Below are positions 50,545-63,856 of a DNA stretch of 64,000 bases, in pieces. Under the pieces are notes generated by a model. The model saw only the letters and a program-made list of their open reading frames with translations. It did no database searches and was not told the DNA's origin. The translations under genes were made by a program, and so were the position numbers. This stretch comes from Octopus bimaculoides (Eukaryota): NCBI RefSeq assembly GCF_001194135.2, contig NC_068984.1, positions 59,427,977-59,491,976 of the forward strand, given 5' to 3'. How positions within the stretch are numbered: the stretch's first letter is position 1; every line of letters starts with the position of its first letter.

Positions 50545-52389
50545 GTGAAAATCGTGCGGGTGTTAATCTGAAAAATTACCAAAAGTTATACCGTTATGCA
50601 GAGTTATGCTAGAAACTGGGAAGAACATCAGAACCGAATTATAATTATTTAACGTGAAAACAATGCATAAGAATGTACACATAATTTTTTCGTGATCTTT
50701 GAACCTATGTCGTCACATACGCTAATACAGATATGATGTTAATAAAGCATCACTCGTTCCATTGTCTCCCAAGTTCCTTCTTGACAAGTAGCTGTCGCTC
50801 CTCGATAGTCTGTGTATGGGTCCTCTCATCGTTGGATTATCAAAATTTAAAGAATGGTTCCACAACTTTGCGCTCTCTGTAACACCACCACCACTACCAA
50901 CGCCCCCCCCCGCACACACACACACACATCAAATGCGCCCCTGCTGGTATTCAACGCTGCATCGATGTACTTCAGCTGCTATTTCAGAAAGGCTTATGCT
51001 ATCACTTGAAGATACTCTATAATTAAGGCCTGTGATTACGAAATCATGGCATTTTTCAGTGAAGTTTACTTTCACCTTTATATCGACTGTCATCGACTAA
51101 CCCCCTCCTATTAAAAAAAAAAAATTACTGGCCTTGTGCTTAAATCAGAAACCATTAGTTTAAACATGTATGTTTCACAACCAAATAAATATCCGAAATA
51201 GAATCGTGATGCCAGATTTCGTTGTCGCCAGTCTTTACTGGAAGGCCTATTTGTTTCAATAGCTTCCAGTCGCTTATATAAGTGAAACATCCAAACTGTC
51301 ACACAGTTCAAATTACTAGTCACTACTCATCACACAACCGCCCTGCAAAACAACTATGAAGCGTACAAGTTTCGGTGTAGCGGAACAAGTCTAAGGGAGA
51401 TAATTCTTGTCTTAATAACACCAAGTTTAGAAATAGAACTGAAGACGAGTTGTGAATTCATTTTTAACATGTTCTTGTACAATCAAACATCAAAATGGTT
51501 TTTCGCTGTTGAATTTCTTCTGGGCGAACGACTAATAAATAAATAAATAAGTAAATAAATAAATAAATAAGGGGAAAGTTCATTGTATGATACCAAATTT
51601 TGTTCATTTTCAAGAGAAGTACCTACTAGTTAGTTTTTGATGTCTTTTTTGAAGAGTCAGATGTCAGTTTACATGAAAAGAAACAATTCAGGTATTAATA
51701 AGAAAAGTTGAAATTAATGCATGCAAGATTTCACAGTTTTAGTATCACTCTTTCATAGTCAGCCTGTGAACTTTTTCAGCCCACCCTTACATCTAAGGCT
51801 AGGTGATGAGAACCTAGACAAAATGCTTCATGTCCTGAGTTCAAATTCTGCCAAGGTTGATTTGCCTTTTGTCCTTTTGAGGTCAATAAATTAATTACTT
51901 GGTGAGCACTTGAGTTGATGACCCTTACCAAAAATTTTCAGGCTTTGTGCCTATAGTAGAAAGTATTATTTTATCTATGACAGCAAGGTGATAGAATCAT
52001 TAGTGAGATGGATAAAATGCTTAGCAGCATTTCTCCTGGCTCTTTACATTCTGAGTTCAAATTCTGCCAAGGATAACTGCTTTTCATCCTTACAGAGTTG
52101 ATAAAATAATTACCAGTTGAACAGTAAAATCAATGCAGTTGACTCACCCTCACCCCTAAAATTGCTGGCCTTGTGCCAAAATTTTAAACCATTATTTTAT
52201 TCTAGATATTTGACTTTTGAATAAAAAGTAATTTTTTTTTTCATATATGTGTAGAACCATTATATAAATACTACCCTTTATGGTTTATAAATCTAAAAAA
52301 GTAAGCCATAAGAAAAAGGAAAAAGGAAATCAGTAAGTAAATAATCAAAATACAGGCATGCACACTCTATTCCCTTATACAACATACTA

Positions 52390-52620
52390 AAGGAAATTGG
52401 TGTGCCTCTCTAAAATTTTTGAGACACTCCAAGCTCATGGCATTACTGAAGGTGATTGGGAGGCTGAGGTGCTTTACAGCCAGGCAACCTCCCAAGTATC
52501 ATCAAAAACAGGCATGGGTAATCTTTTTCAAGAAGCACACCTTACAAGATATGGATCATTATTAGGCAGGTTGCACTACTGAAGAAAATTCGAAGTAATC
52601 TTTTGTTAGGTGTGCCATTC
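52390..52620 (+). mobile_element. Small decayed LINE RT fragment (RTE-like)
   Basis: FETLQAHGI..YSQATSQV resembles the RT region preceding the QG motif. Confidence 0.35.
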
Positions 52621-53632
52621 AGAAAGTCCCAGAAGCAGCAGTTTGCCCATGACTAATCTCAAATATCAGTAAGGCAAGATGCTAATAAAGTCAAAAACTT
52701 ACTTGTCTGCTGTATAATGCCCACCACCAACACCACTACCAACATCTCAAAAGCTACAAGCTGAAAAATATAATTTATTGATATCTTGCAAGTTACTTGG
52801 TGACTCTGCTGGTGCTGGTGCCATGTAAAAAGCATCTAGTCCACACTGTGAAGTGGTTGGCATTTGGAAGGGCATCCAGATGTAAAACCATGTCAAAACT
52901 GACCTCACTTGTGCTGGTGCTACATAAAAAGCACTCAGTCCACTCTGCAGGGTGGTTGGTGTTAGGAAAACCACTAGAACAGATACTGAAGTCTGGTGTA
53001 GTCTTCTACCTAGTTGGCTCCTGTTAAACTGTCCAATCCATACCAGTATGGAAGGCAGATGTTAAATGATGATGATGATTACAATACTGTGATGCCTTAC
53101 TTCATTCAGTTATGGAAGTAGTCACTCTCTTCTCCATTGCAACATTAAGGACATAATGGAGCAAATGAGACACTAATGGTATCATCCCATAAAAAAAACA
53201 TCTGTCTCTAGCCCAAGGGTAGAGAGTGAGTCTATCAGGCACCTTCCCATCACTCAGAAAATCCCACTGGCTCCAGATTTGTGAGGATGTTTACTCTGGC
53301 TGGGACTTGTTTAGTGATATAATTAAATAAATTATATAGTCATATATTGTCAAATTAATAAGTGATTTAAAATATCATTTGTTTAAAGACTTTAACTCTT
53401 ATTTTGGAGTATTCAAACAAAAAGTGACACTTTTCTATTGATTTTATTTCTAGTTACCAGCTCATAGAGATTCTCTCAGCAGCTTGATAGATAAATGAAT
53501 TACAGTTAAGAAGGCAAACATGATCAAAAACAACATTCTGGTTGGTTTGGAAGGTTCTTGGATCCAACAAGACAAAAAGGAGTGGATGTATTTGTTAGTG
53601 TACATACATACATACATATGTACATACATATG

Positions 53633-53666
<34 letters not shown>

Positions 53667-54449
53667 CGCGTGTGCACACACATACACAAACACACACACA
53701 CACACACACACAACTCTAAAGCATTAAAGATAATTGTAGAGAAATAAAAGCAAGAATGAATCATATATCATTTTTATTTTTATTTTCTTCATATCAACAA
53801 AATTAGACATCTTTCGATCTTGTTGACAGAATAATTCAATTGGTACATAGTACATGATTTGTAAATATAAGTTAAAATAGAACAAAATTCAGGTATACAA
53901 TTTACAAGATCAAATATAAGTAAGTTTAGAAATAAACATACATATTTTTAGTTTTTAGAAAGTTAATTGAATAATGTGTGATGGAAATGTACATGTATAT
54001 CTTGTTTTACAATGTCCGTTGAAATGTGTTGTAGAAAATGTTACAAAAATGTACATAGAGATTGTTCATGTTTGTAAAACAATTATCAAACAGATAACTG
54101 ATAGCTGTAAAAATAGATGTAGATAACATGTTTTTAAACTGGTAGAAAGAAATTCTTCATTCATGTCAATATGTATCATGATTTGGATAGCTGAAAGAAA
54201 GATGATTCCATTTTGTTGGTTCATTGTTGGTTTCTGATGTTTGTATAAAAACATGTTGGAAGGTCAGCTGATTGACATACCTGGTTTTGAGTGACTCGGG
54301 CCCCAAAGCTGGTTGATTTTTTAAATTGTAGCAAAAAAAGGCTCTCAGACTACTAGCCTTTCATAAATTAATATTTCTCATAGGCTAAAATAACATGTAA
54401 CAAAACTATGAAACCATTATGACTGTAGTCACTATATTAATCCACTTCC

Positions 54450-56200
54450 TTGATGACTGGGTAAGTAGCAATTGATAAACGATAGCAAAAATGAAAAATG
54501 ATGCAAAACTTGCTAATGAGAAATGAAATATTTTACAAAATGGGTTGGCTAGTTGATGTGTTGCCTTGTCTTAGTCTTCCTTGTTTACTGGGTAAAAAGA
54601 TTGTTGGAACTGGTAACAGATGCATTGACAGTAGGTTGAGTTACTGGTGTAAGGAAGGTTGATGGTAAAGCTATAGTTGTTACTGATTGAGATTCTGTGG
54701 TTAGATTGCTATCTCCCATTTGCCATACATATTAGGGTTTAAATACTTGGGAATCTTGTGCATCACTTCAATGCAACAGAACAATCTTGCAGTCTGAAGT
54801 GGTTTCTTGATTGCATTACAGCAAACAAATCATGTAAACATTTGGAGAGGTCTTGCAGGGACCCCTACTTTGGTCTGCTGTGGCCAAGTAATAATTGGTA
54901 GAGTACAGGTCAGGTATTCATGCAGTCTGTGAGTATAGTTTAATGGGTCTCACATTGTGGTGGTCCGACAAGGTGTTATTCTCTGTTTTGTAATTTGTTG
55001 ATATTTCCATGCAGGAATTCAGCAGTAGTACACTCACCTTTGTCTTTCATTGTCAAGCATATACCTTGTAGCACAAAAGGAATGTAACCATATCATTGCC
55101 TGAACTTTCAGTGCTGACTTGAGTCAAGTTAGTAAGGGAAATATTCTGTACTGTTGGCTGTTGAATGGTAAGTGGTAGTTCAATTTTGATTGCAAACAGG
55201 TAATTGTGTCAAATTTTGTGAATAACTTGGACTCAAACTGCTGGCTCCCATCAATTGTGATGGTTGATAGAGTAGTAGACCTGGAAATCCACTGTTGTGT
55301 GAATGCTTTGATGACAATCTCAGGTTGTGATATTGGTTAGTGGAATGACATTGCTCCCCATGGTGTACCTATCAATAGAGCTAAGCAAATAACTGTGTCT
55401 ATGGAGAGGAACACATGGTCCCACAAGATTGGACATATATGTCCATGGGGAAAAGGTACCAGTGGTGCCTTGACATGGTGATGCATCTTTTCTTTCTGAC
55501 ATGTGAATCAGTTCCTGGTGTGCTCTTGAACATTTTTGTTGATAAGGGTCAAAGTGAAATGCCTAAATATCAACTTCGGTATTGAATTGGCACTTGTGTG
55601 TGGCAAACACTGGAATTCATTATAAATATTACTACAGTGCCTTTCAGACATAAAAGGGCATTTGTGACTAATGGAGGCATTACACTAAGTATATCTTGTT
55701 GAAACTTGAAATTGTACTTGCTAGAATGTCTAAAAGGATGGCACCTTCCATGTTTAGAAGAGTACTTCATCAATCTATTGTAGCTGCTATCTGATCCAAA
55801 TTAATGGAAGCATAAGTATGTTGTGCTGTGGTGTGAGTTTGTGAGTCTACATATGCTGATGCATTGTCAAGCCATTCAATATTTCTGTGAGATATACTTA
55901 CAGTGAATGACAATCAGGTTTGGACATCAGAGCATGATGACTGGCAATTAGTGTCTTGTAGTCTCTTTAAATGGTGAGAAGAAGACAGAATTTTACAAAT
56001 TCTCTTTCATGCATACTGTATCTAGTTATAGGTTCAACCATTTAAAAAAAATGACAGAAGCTGCCACATGTCATCTACCAACTGTTGCAAATTATCTCCC
56101 ATTGCTATGTCTGATAGATTTATGACCAACATAGTGATATGTCTTCTCTAGGATAAACGAGAAGGGTAATCTTGACCAACCTCTCATTTAATTTCTTTTA
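54450..56200 (-). mobile_element. Decayed Ty3/Gypsy pol remnant (RNase H plus integrase)
   Basis: Frameshifted motifs TRYSMHERE, NLVGP..SYLLSSIDRYT..VIPLTNITT, IVIKAFTQQWISR..TITIDGSQQFESKLF, LKSAL. Confidence 0.8.
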
Positions 56201-58019
56201 CTAAAGATAAGACTGTGAAAGTCTAAAAGTGTAATGATGAATTTGGGAGCTTTATTATTCCAAATGAACAATGAGAGACTCAAATGGAAAATATTTAAAG
56301 AAAAAAAACCCTTCATAAAAGAACTACAACCAGAATATAGCCATGTCTTCAATCCATGTATGTATGTATGTATGTATGTATGTATGTATGTATGTATGTG
56401 TGTGTGTGTATGTATGTATGTATGTATGTACGTACATGCATAAATACTAGTAAAATTCAGCATCTGTATTTGTTTGAGTGTAGTGTGAAATTAGCAAAAA
56501 TAATCAGTTGAATTGCTAAAACGTATCTATAAATGTACCCTTAGATACATAGTCTTTTGTCTAAAATCACTTCTGTTACATTTCCATGCCTTCAAACTTC
56601 AAAAGAGAAGAATATCCTTTCTTATTTTATCAACATGGAAAAATAACTTCCTATCATTCATGAAAGAAAGATATTAGAGTGTTATGTGTGTGCACATACA
56701 AAAGTACAGACATACATATGAAAACAGACAAGCACACACATACATAAAAGGTATAAGATTAAGATATATAGATAAGACACACGTGTATTAAAAATGCATA
56801 CACACATTCAAAGACATGACTTATAGATATTTAGATATGACACGTATGAATCAAACCCACAAATATACATATGCACATCATATAGTGAACCCACACACAA
56901 AGAAACACAAACAAAGCATGAAAACAGGCATAATATATAAACACATTCACAGGACACATTATATGGAATCAATACATCTAAAAATGAATGCATGGCACAA
57001 ACAAGCAAGACAAATAAATATCAAGTCACACAAACATACAAACAATACTTCGGCATATAGACAAGATGTACACACATAAGTTTGTAGTACCAGTTGAGCT
57101 CTGGGGTATTAACCCCAGATTCACTTACCCCCTCCTCTGAAATGCTGGCCTTATGTCAAAATTTGAAATCAATATTTATCATGAAAGGAAACAATGTTCA
57201 GAGAGTCAAGACTATTCTGCTTGAAGGAAAATTGTCAAAGACAAAAGGTGCTGACTACATTGTCTTGCCCAATGGTGAATGAAATTCTTTCATAGAGCTT
57301 TTCCCAAATGTCTCAATAAATTTTAAACTTAAATCAGATAAAAGCTATTCTGTTAAAGAGCCTCAAACAGCAGTGCATTCAAAATCAATTAGGTGAAAGC
57401 TATAATTAGGTGTTAGTATTAAATATTTGGATATCTTTATTATTTTCTGTAGATAAAGTGGTTGGAAGAACAGTACAGTTAAGGGCAGAATAATCATTAC
57501 ATTCACATTCCATTGTACTTTATATCAAGGACTTTATATCATAGCATCTGGTCTTATATTATCTGTACCACAATCCAATGGCTTCTGAGTAATTGAAACA
57601 TTGGTTACAAATTTTGGCACAAAGTCATCAACTTCAGAAAAGAGACTAAGTTGATTACATCAACCCCAGTGTTCAAGTGGTACTTATTTTATTGATCCTG
57701 AAAGGATGAAAGTCAAAGTTGACATCGGCAGAATTTGAGCTCAGAACAAAGAGACAGACAAAATGCTGCTAAGCATTTTGCCTGTCACATTAACAATTTT
57801 GCCAGCTCATTGCCTTAATCAAATGAAATATTGATGGAGTAAATGCCCACATCATTATTCTGTTTTTTTCTGAATGTCCCAGAAATCTACAAGTGTTTAT
57901 GTGGCAAGAAAATCATGTAATCCCTAGCAGTCTATGGATGTCTTTCATTAACATTTGCATAGAGCACAAATATCAGTGCCCTCTCTCAATGTCACTGCTA
58001 CAACAATGAGGGTTCCACT

Positions 58020-58300
58020 TGATCCAATCAAAGGAACAGCCTACTCATGAAATTAACTAAGAAATTAACATGCATGTGGCTGAGCACTCCACAGACATGT
58101 GTACCCTTAGTGTAGTTCTCAGGGAGATTCAGCTGGCCCTTTGAAATACAGGTACTACTCATTTTTGCCAGCTGAGTGGACTGGAGCAACATGAAATAAA
58201 GTGTCTTGCTGAAGGACACAACACGTAGCTGGGAATTGAACACATGACCTTATGATCTTGAGCCGAGTATCCTAATCACAAAGCCATATGCTTTCACCAT
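58020..58300 (-). mobile_element. tRNA-derived SINE with a Meta-like core joined to the module of 46270-46650
   Basis: GTGTTGTGTCCTTCAGCAAGACACTTTATTTCATGTTGCTCCAGTCCACTCAGCTG followed by CCTGTATTTCAAAGGGCC...GGGTACACATGTCTGTGGAGTGCTCAGCCAC. Confidence 0.65.
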
Positions 58301-59739
58301 AATTCATCACAACCCAGTAAATTGTCTACTTTTGCAATCAGCAGGGGTTGATCCACATAACTGGATGTTTACCCTGTCCTTTATCTTTTACTTCTGTTAA
58401 TCATTGGACTGCAGTCATGCTGGAGCACTGCCTTAATGGGTTTAGTAAAAAAAAAAAAAATCAACCCCAGTACTTATTTTTAAGTGTGGTACTTATTTCA
58501 TTGATCTGTTTTGCCCAATTTCACTAAGTTACAGGGACATAAACAAACACCAGTTGTCAAGTGGTGGTAGAGGCAAACACAAATACAAAGGCATGCACAC
58601 ACACACACAACACATGCATACATAAATGACAGTCTTCCACACAATTTCCACCTACCAAATTCATTCACAAGGCATTGGTCAGCCTAGGGCTATAGTTGAA
58701 GACAATTACTAAAGGTGCTGCACTGTGGGACCCTGCAAAGCGGGCTTCTTTGCCTGCATCCATAAACTGATTACAATTTAACAAAGTATCATATTGAGAT
58801 TATACCAAAACAGCATCCTACTACTGTTACCTTGTTCTACCTAAAGCCACTACCTATTCAGATTTGTCAACTCTCAAGGAATTGTAATTCCTGTAATGCA
58901 GGAGAGGGTGTGGTTTACTCGATGTAGCATGAGAGAATGTCAAGAAATAAGGCAATGAAAAATCTCTACAGCAGCAGAAAGCCAAATCACCATTATACAA
59001 TGGTAAAGATGTATAAAGTTTTGTGTTCAAATTAGATTGTTTGGCAAATCATCAATAGATATTTTTTGTAGTTTTTGTTTCACAAGTAGTTGAAATCAGT
59101 TAAAAGACCAACAAATTTAAAGCAGAACTGCTTATAAATCAATTTAAGTGTCAACAGACAATTTTTAAGAATAAAATGGCTTGATGTGGTTCTATATATG
59201 CAAATATTAATGACAGTTTGTTTATCTTAAAATATTAGTATGTTTGAATGTCTACTTAAAAATCTACAATGCTTACACACTAAAAGAAAATAAATTAGTT
59301 GCAAACACTTATGAGTTAATGAGAGAGCCATTTTAAACAAAGAACACATTTGACCATGTAGTCCTAGGCATTCCTAAAAAGATAGGAATGGTCAAGAATT
59401 AGTTTTGGATGGAGTAATTTTCAATTAGGCCAAAATTCGGTTTACTACAATGAAAAAAGTCTAAAATTAATGACAATTTCTCACTTAGGGTTTTTGTTAA
59501 AAACCATAAATACTTTCGTCAGCTTTACTAACTTTACTGTTAGCTCTTTTAGTTTTGCATTTGTTTTTATTGTTGTTTTGCCTCAGCTCATCTTCTGTAC
59601 TGTAGCTTATAAGATCATCATCATTAATACTGATGTTAAGGTCTTATAGTCGATTAAGCTACTGTCTTTGTGATAAGTAACCATGAACTTAACATGTTGC
59701 TCATCAACTGTCATTGACAATTGACAGTTGACAAGTTCT

Positions 59740-59975
59740 TTAACCCCTTAGGGGTTGTTGGGTTGCTGAAGCCATGCAGTGTATCTAGGGTGAGAAAACC
59801 TGGCAGAGCCCATCCCTCTTCAGGCTAAACTCAGTTCTACAGCTGAGTGGACTGAAGCACCATAAAATGAAGTGTTTTGCTCAAGAACACAATGGATCAC
59901 CCGATCCAGGGATCAAAACCACAATCTTACGATTGTGAGTCCAACACCCTAACCACTGAGCCATGTGCCTTCACG
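59740..59975 (-). mobile_element. tRNA-derived SINE with the Meta-like core and a different 3' tail
   Basis: TGGCTCAGTGG head; TTGTGTTCTTGAGCAAAACACTTCATTTTATGGTGCTTCAGTCCACTCAGCTG core. Confidence 0.55.
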
Positions 59976-61530
59976 TATGCACCTCCATCATATGCCCCCA
60001 GAATTAGAATTGGGGTCTGAATCCATGGACAAGTTTGAATGAGAAGCAGAGAATAAAACCTGATCTGACAGAGACAGGTGGAGACTGTGAACTAAGGATG
60101 AATACTACAACAGCTTTTCACTGCAACAGCAAGCTAATGGAACACTGCTTAATAATTCAATGTTCCCACTCTTTACAGCAAGGTAAACAGAGTCAGCAAG
60201 AGTTAAGTGTTATCACCATTAAAGTAACACTGTTGAAAATACAAGCCATCAATCCTATCACCTATAGCTCAATACCTTATTGATCCAGTCATTTATGATT
60301 GTAAATTATACAGTGAACAGGTTCTGACATACAATAAACACATTTCTGCAATGTGAATATTTTTCTCATGTTAGCTATGACAAAATGATGCAGAACTTTG
60401 TAGGTTTTTCTATTGTTAAGGGATTTCTAGTGTCAGTCATGGCAGTATAATACCCTATACTCTATTGGTTTTATTAGTGTTAAATATAGCGCTGCATTTT
60501 AAATATTTTCCTCATGTTACCTACGATGGCATAGTGTGGAATTCAAAAGTTTTCTTAATGTTAACAAGAGAGAGTGAGAGAAGGGGTGAGAGAAGAGAGA
60601 GAGAATAAGATACCTTTAATATAGCTATTGGTGTGGGAAGAGAAACTTGTCTGATGCTGAGCAAATAGCTCAAGAAAACAATAAGATTTTTAACCTGCTT
60701 AATATAACTCCAAAACGGATTAGCAGACTACTACTCTCTAAGCCAAATTTTCTGATTGGTTGAAATAACACATATAGCAACAGTGAAAGTAACATATCTA
60801 CACGAGTTTGATGCAGAATTTTAAAGATATTTCTAGTACAAGTATTGACAATATATCTTTATCTTATTTTTTTCTATATATTTACTTGTTTCAGTCATTA
60901 GACAGCAGCCATGCTGGGGCATCACCCTGAAGAGTTTTTAGTTGAACAAATCAACTACAATACTTTTTTTTTAAGCGTAGTACTTATTCTATTGACTTCT
61001 TTTACTGAACCATTAAGTGATGGGGATGTAAACAAACCAACACCAGTTGTCAAGCAGTAGTTGGGACAAACACAGACACAAAAAAAAACACACACAGACA
61101 CACACACACACACATGATGGGCTTTTTTCAGTCTCCATTTACTAAATCCATCCACAAGGCTATGGTAATAGTCATTTGCCCAAAGTGCCATGCAGTGGGA
61201 CTGAACCTGGAACCATGTTGTTGGGAGCAAGCTTCTTACCACACAACCACGAGCAGAATTTTAAAGATTTTTTTTCATGTTAGCTATAACTGCATTCTAT
61301 TGTATTTTATTTTTTACTTGCTTTAGTCATTGAACTGTGGCCATGCTGGGGCATCACCTTATAGGGTTTAATCAAACAAAGTGACCCTGGTACTTATTCT
61401 ATCAGTAACTCTTGCTGAACTGCTAAGTTACAAGGACATAAGCAAACCCACACCAGTTGTTAAATAGTGGTGGGGACAAACACACACACACACGTGCACG
61501 CACACATACATACACCACACACATATGCAC

Positions 61531-61827
61531 GTGGGGGTGGGTGCGCTGAAAGTGTAGCTGCTAGAATAAGAATAGCCTGGGCAAAGTTTAGAGAGCTCTT
61601 ACCCCTGCTGGCGACAAAAGGACTCTCACTCAGAGTAAAAGGCAGACTGTATGATGCATGTGTACGAACAGCCATGCTACATGGCAGTGAAACATGGGCT
61701 GTGACTGCTGAGGACATGCGTAAGCTCGCAAGGAATGAAGCCAGTATGCTCCGCTGGATGTGTAATGTCAGTGTGCATACCCGTCAGAGTGTAAGTATCT
61801 TGAGAGAAAAGCTGAACATAAGAAGCA
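61531..61827 (+). mobile_element. Well-preserved RTE LINE fragment running into an assembly gap
   Basis: Uninterrupted frame GGGCAESVAARIRIAWAKFRELLPLL..KGRLYDACVRTAMLHGSETW..RNEASMLRWMC. Confidence 0.85.
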
Positions 61828-62520
61828 NNNNNNNNNNNNNNNNNNNNNNNNNNNNNNNNNNNNNNNNNNNNNNNNNNNNNNNNNNNNNNNNNNNNNNNNN
61901 NNNNNNNNNNNNNNNNNNNNNNNNNNNNNNNNNNNNNNNNNNNNNNNNNNNNNNNNNNNNNNNNNNNNNNNNNNNNNNNNNNNNNNNNNNNNNNNNNNNN
62001 NNNNNNNNNNNNNNNNNNNNNNNNNNNNNNNNNNNNNNNNNNNNNNNNNNNNNNNNNNNNNNNNNNNNNNNNNNNNNNNNNNNNNNNNNNNNNNNNNNNN
62101 NNNNNNNNNNNNNNNNNNNNNNNNNNNNNNNNNNNNNNNNNNNNNNNNNNNNNNNNNNNNNNNNNNNNNNNNNNNNNNNNNNNNNNNNNNNNNNNNNNNN
62201 NNNNNNNNNNNNNNNNNNNNNNNNNNNNNNNNNNNNNNNNNNNNNNNNNNNNNNNNNNNNNNNNNNNNNNNNNNNNNNNNNNNNNNNNNNNNNNNNNNNN
62301 NNNNNNNNNNNNNNNNNNNNNNNNNNNNNNNNNNNNNNNNNNNNNNNNNNNNNNNNNNNNNNNNNNNNNNNNNNNNNNNNNNNNNNNNNNNNNNNNNNNN
62401 NNNNNNNNNNNNNNNNNNNNNNNNNNNNNNNNNNNNNNNNNNNNNNNNNNNNNNNNNNNNNNNNNNNNNNNNNNNNNNNNNNNNNNNNNNNNNNNNNNNN
62501 NNNNNNNNNNNNNNNNNNNN

Positions 62521-62561
<41 letters not shown>

Positions 62562-63790
62562 TTTGTAAAAGCATAAGTTCAAAAGAAGAAACAGCAGTAC
62601 ATATTATTAATTAAGAATGGGAAGGCTAGTTTATGGGATTACCTTAGGTCTACCGTTCATAAAAGGTTTAGCTTTATAGCATATTGTCAGATCCCAAAAA
62701 CCTGTTGACCTATGACCTCTTAAACCTAAGGTAATCCAATAAACTGGCCTTCCCCATTTTTAATTAAATTATATCTATATATATATATATACACACAATA
62801 GTCTTTCATGTAGTTTCAGTCTACCAAATTCAATAATTCACTTACAGGTATTGACTGACCCAGGAATAAAGTAGAAGACACTGCCAAAGGCACTGCACAG
62901 TGGGATTGAACCTGAAACTGCATAATTGCAAAGTGAGCTTCTTAACCACGCAGCCTTTTAAAAGATTTTTCTACTATAGGTTTGACATGACTAGTGCTGT
63001 TTTTTTAACTTTTTCAGTGCTATATTTTAGTGGTTTTCCTGGTGTTAGCCATGATAGTGTGAGGTTGTATTTAAAAAATTTTTCTGATGTCAGCTAAGAC
63101 ATTATCATACAGTATTGTGTAGGTTTTTTTCTCTATTGTTAGCTATAATGATATGGTGCTGTTTTGTGAATATTTTCTTGCGTTTATTACAAATGACAAT
63201 ATGGCGATGTATTAGGTAGGTTTTTCACATATTAGCAATGACAGCAGCATGATGTATTTGTCAATTTTTTTTTTTAGTTTCTTTGGCTTCTTAGATTTGT
63301 AATCAAAACATGCACACATACACACACGATATAGGTATAAAAAATCAATAGTTTACAAATTTAATGAATTTAGCATGTGTGAATTAGACTTTCAGTTAGT
63401 GAAACATCACACTCATAAGATCACATTTTTTAGAGATGAGCTTATAACACTTTAAAAAGCTGTTATACTTAAATTAATACAGTCTTTTATAATGCTATAT
63501 GCATGTATATATGTGTATACATATGTAAGTGTATACACACAAACATACACTCACATGCACACGTATTAGATATACATAGATATGTATACATAGTAAGCAA
63601 GCCTGCTCCATAAACACCTACACATATTGATTTGGAATTTTATTTTTTGTTTAATATATTGTTTTTGATTTACCTAATTCTTCATACATTTAGACACACA
63701 TCCACATGCACAAACACACACACATGCACAGACATTTACAAATACATATATTGATTTTCTATCTTTTTGACTTGTCTTTCTTGCAGGTTT

Positions 63791-63856
63791 ATGAACCAAA
63801 ATGGAGAACATCACTTCAACAGAAGCGACAGCTGGCAGCTTCGAAGAAGATCTTGA
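63791..63856 (+). other. Out-of-frame upstream ORF overlapping the neurensin-like start (MNQNGEHHFNRSDSWQLRRRS*)
   Basis: ATG at 63791 in the same exon, 10 nt before the main ATG; TGA at 63854-56. Confidence 0.6.

Noticed and set aside
54450-54900. Thr/Ser-rich frame resembling a mucin or envelope protein
   Set aside because: It has multiple stops and is contiguous with the Gypsy integrase remnant, so it is best read as the low-complexity integrase tail.
900-63700. Numerous 60-170 aa ORFs rich in YI, HT and CV repeats
   Set aside because: They are translations of microsatellites and SINEs, not genes.
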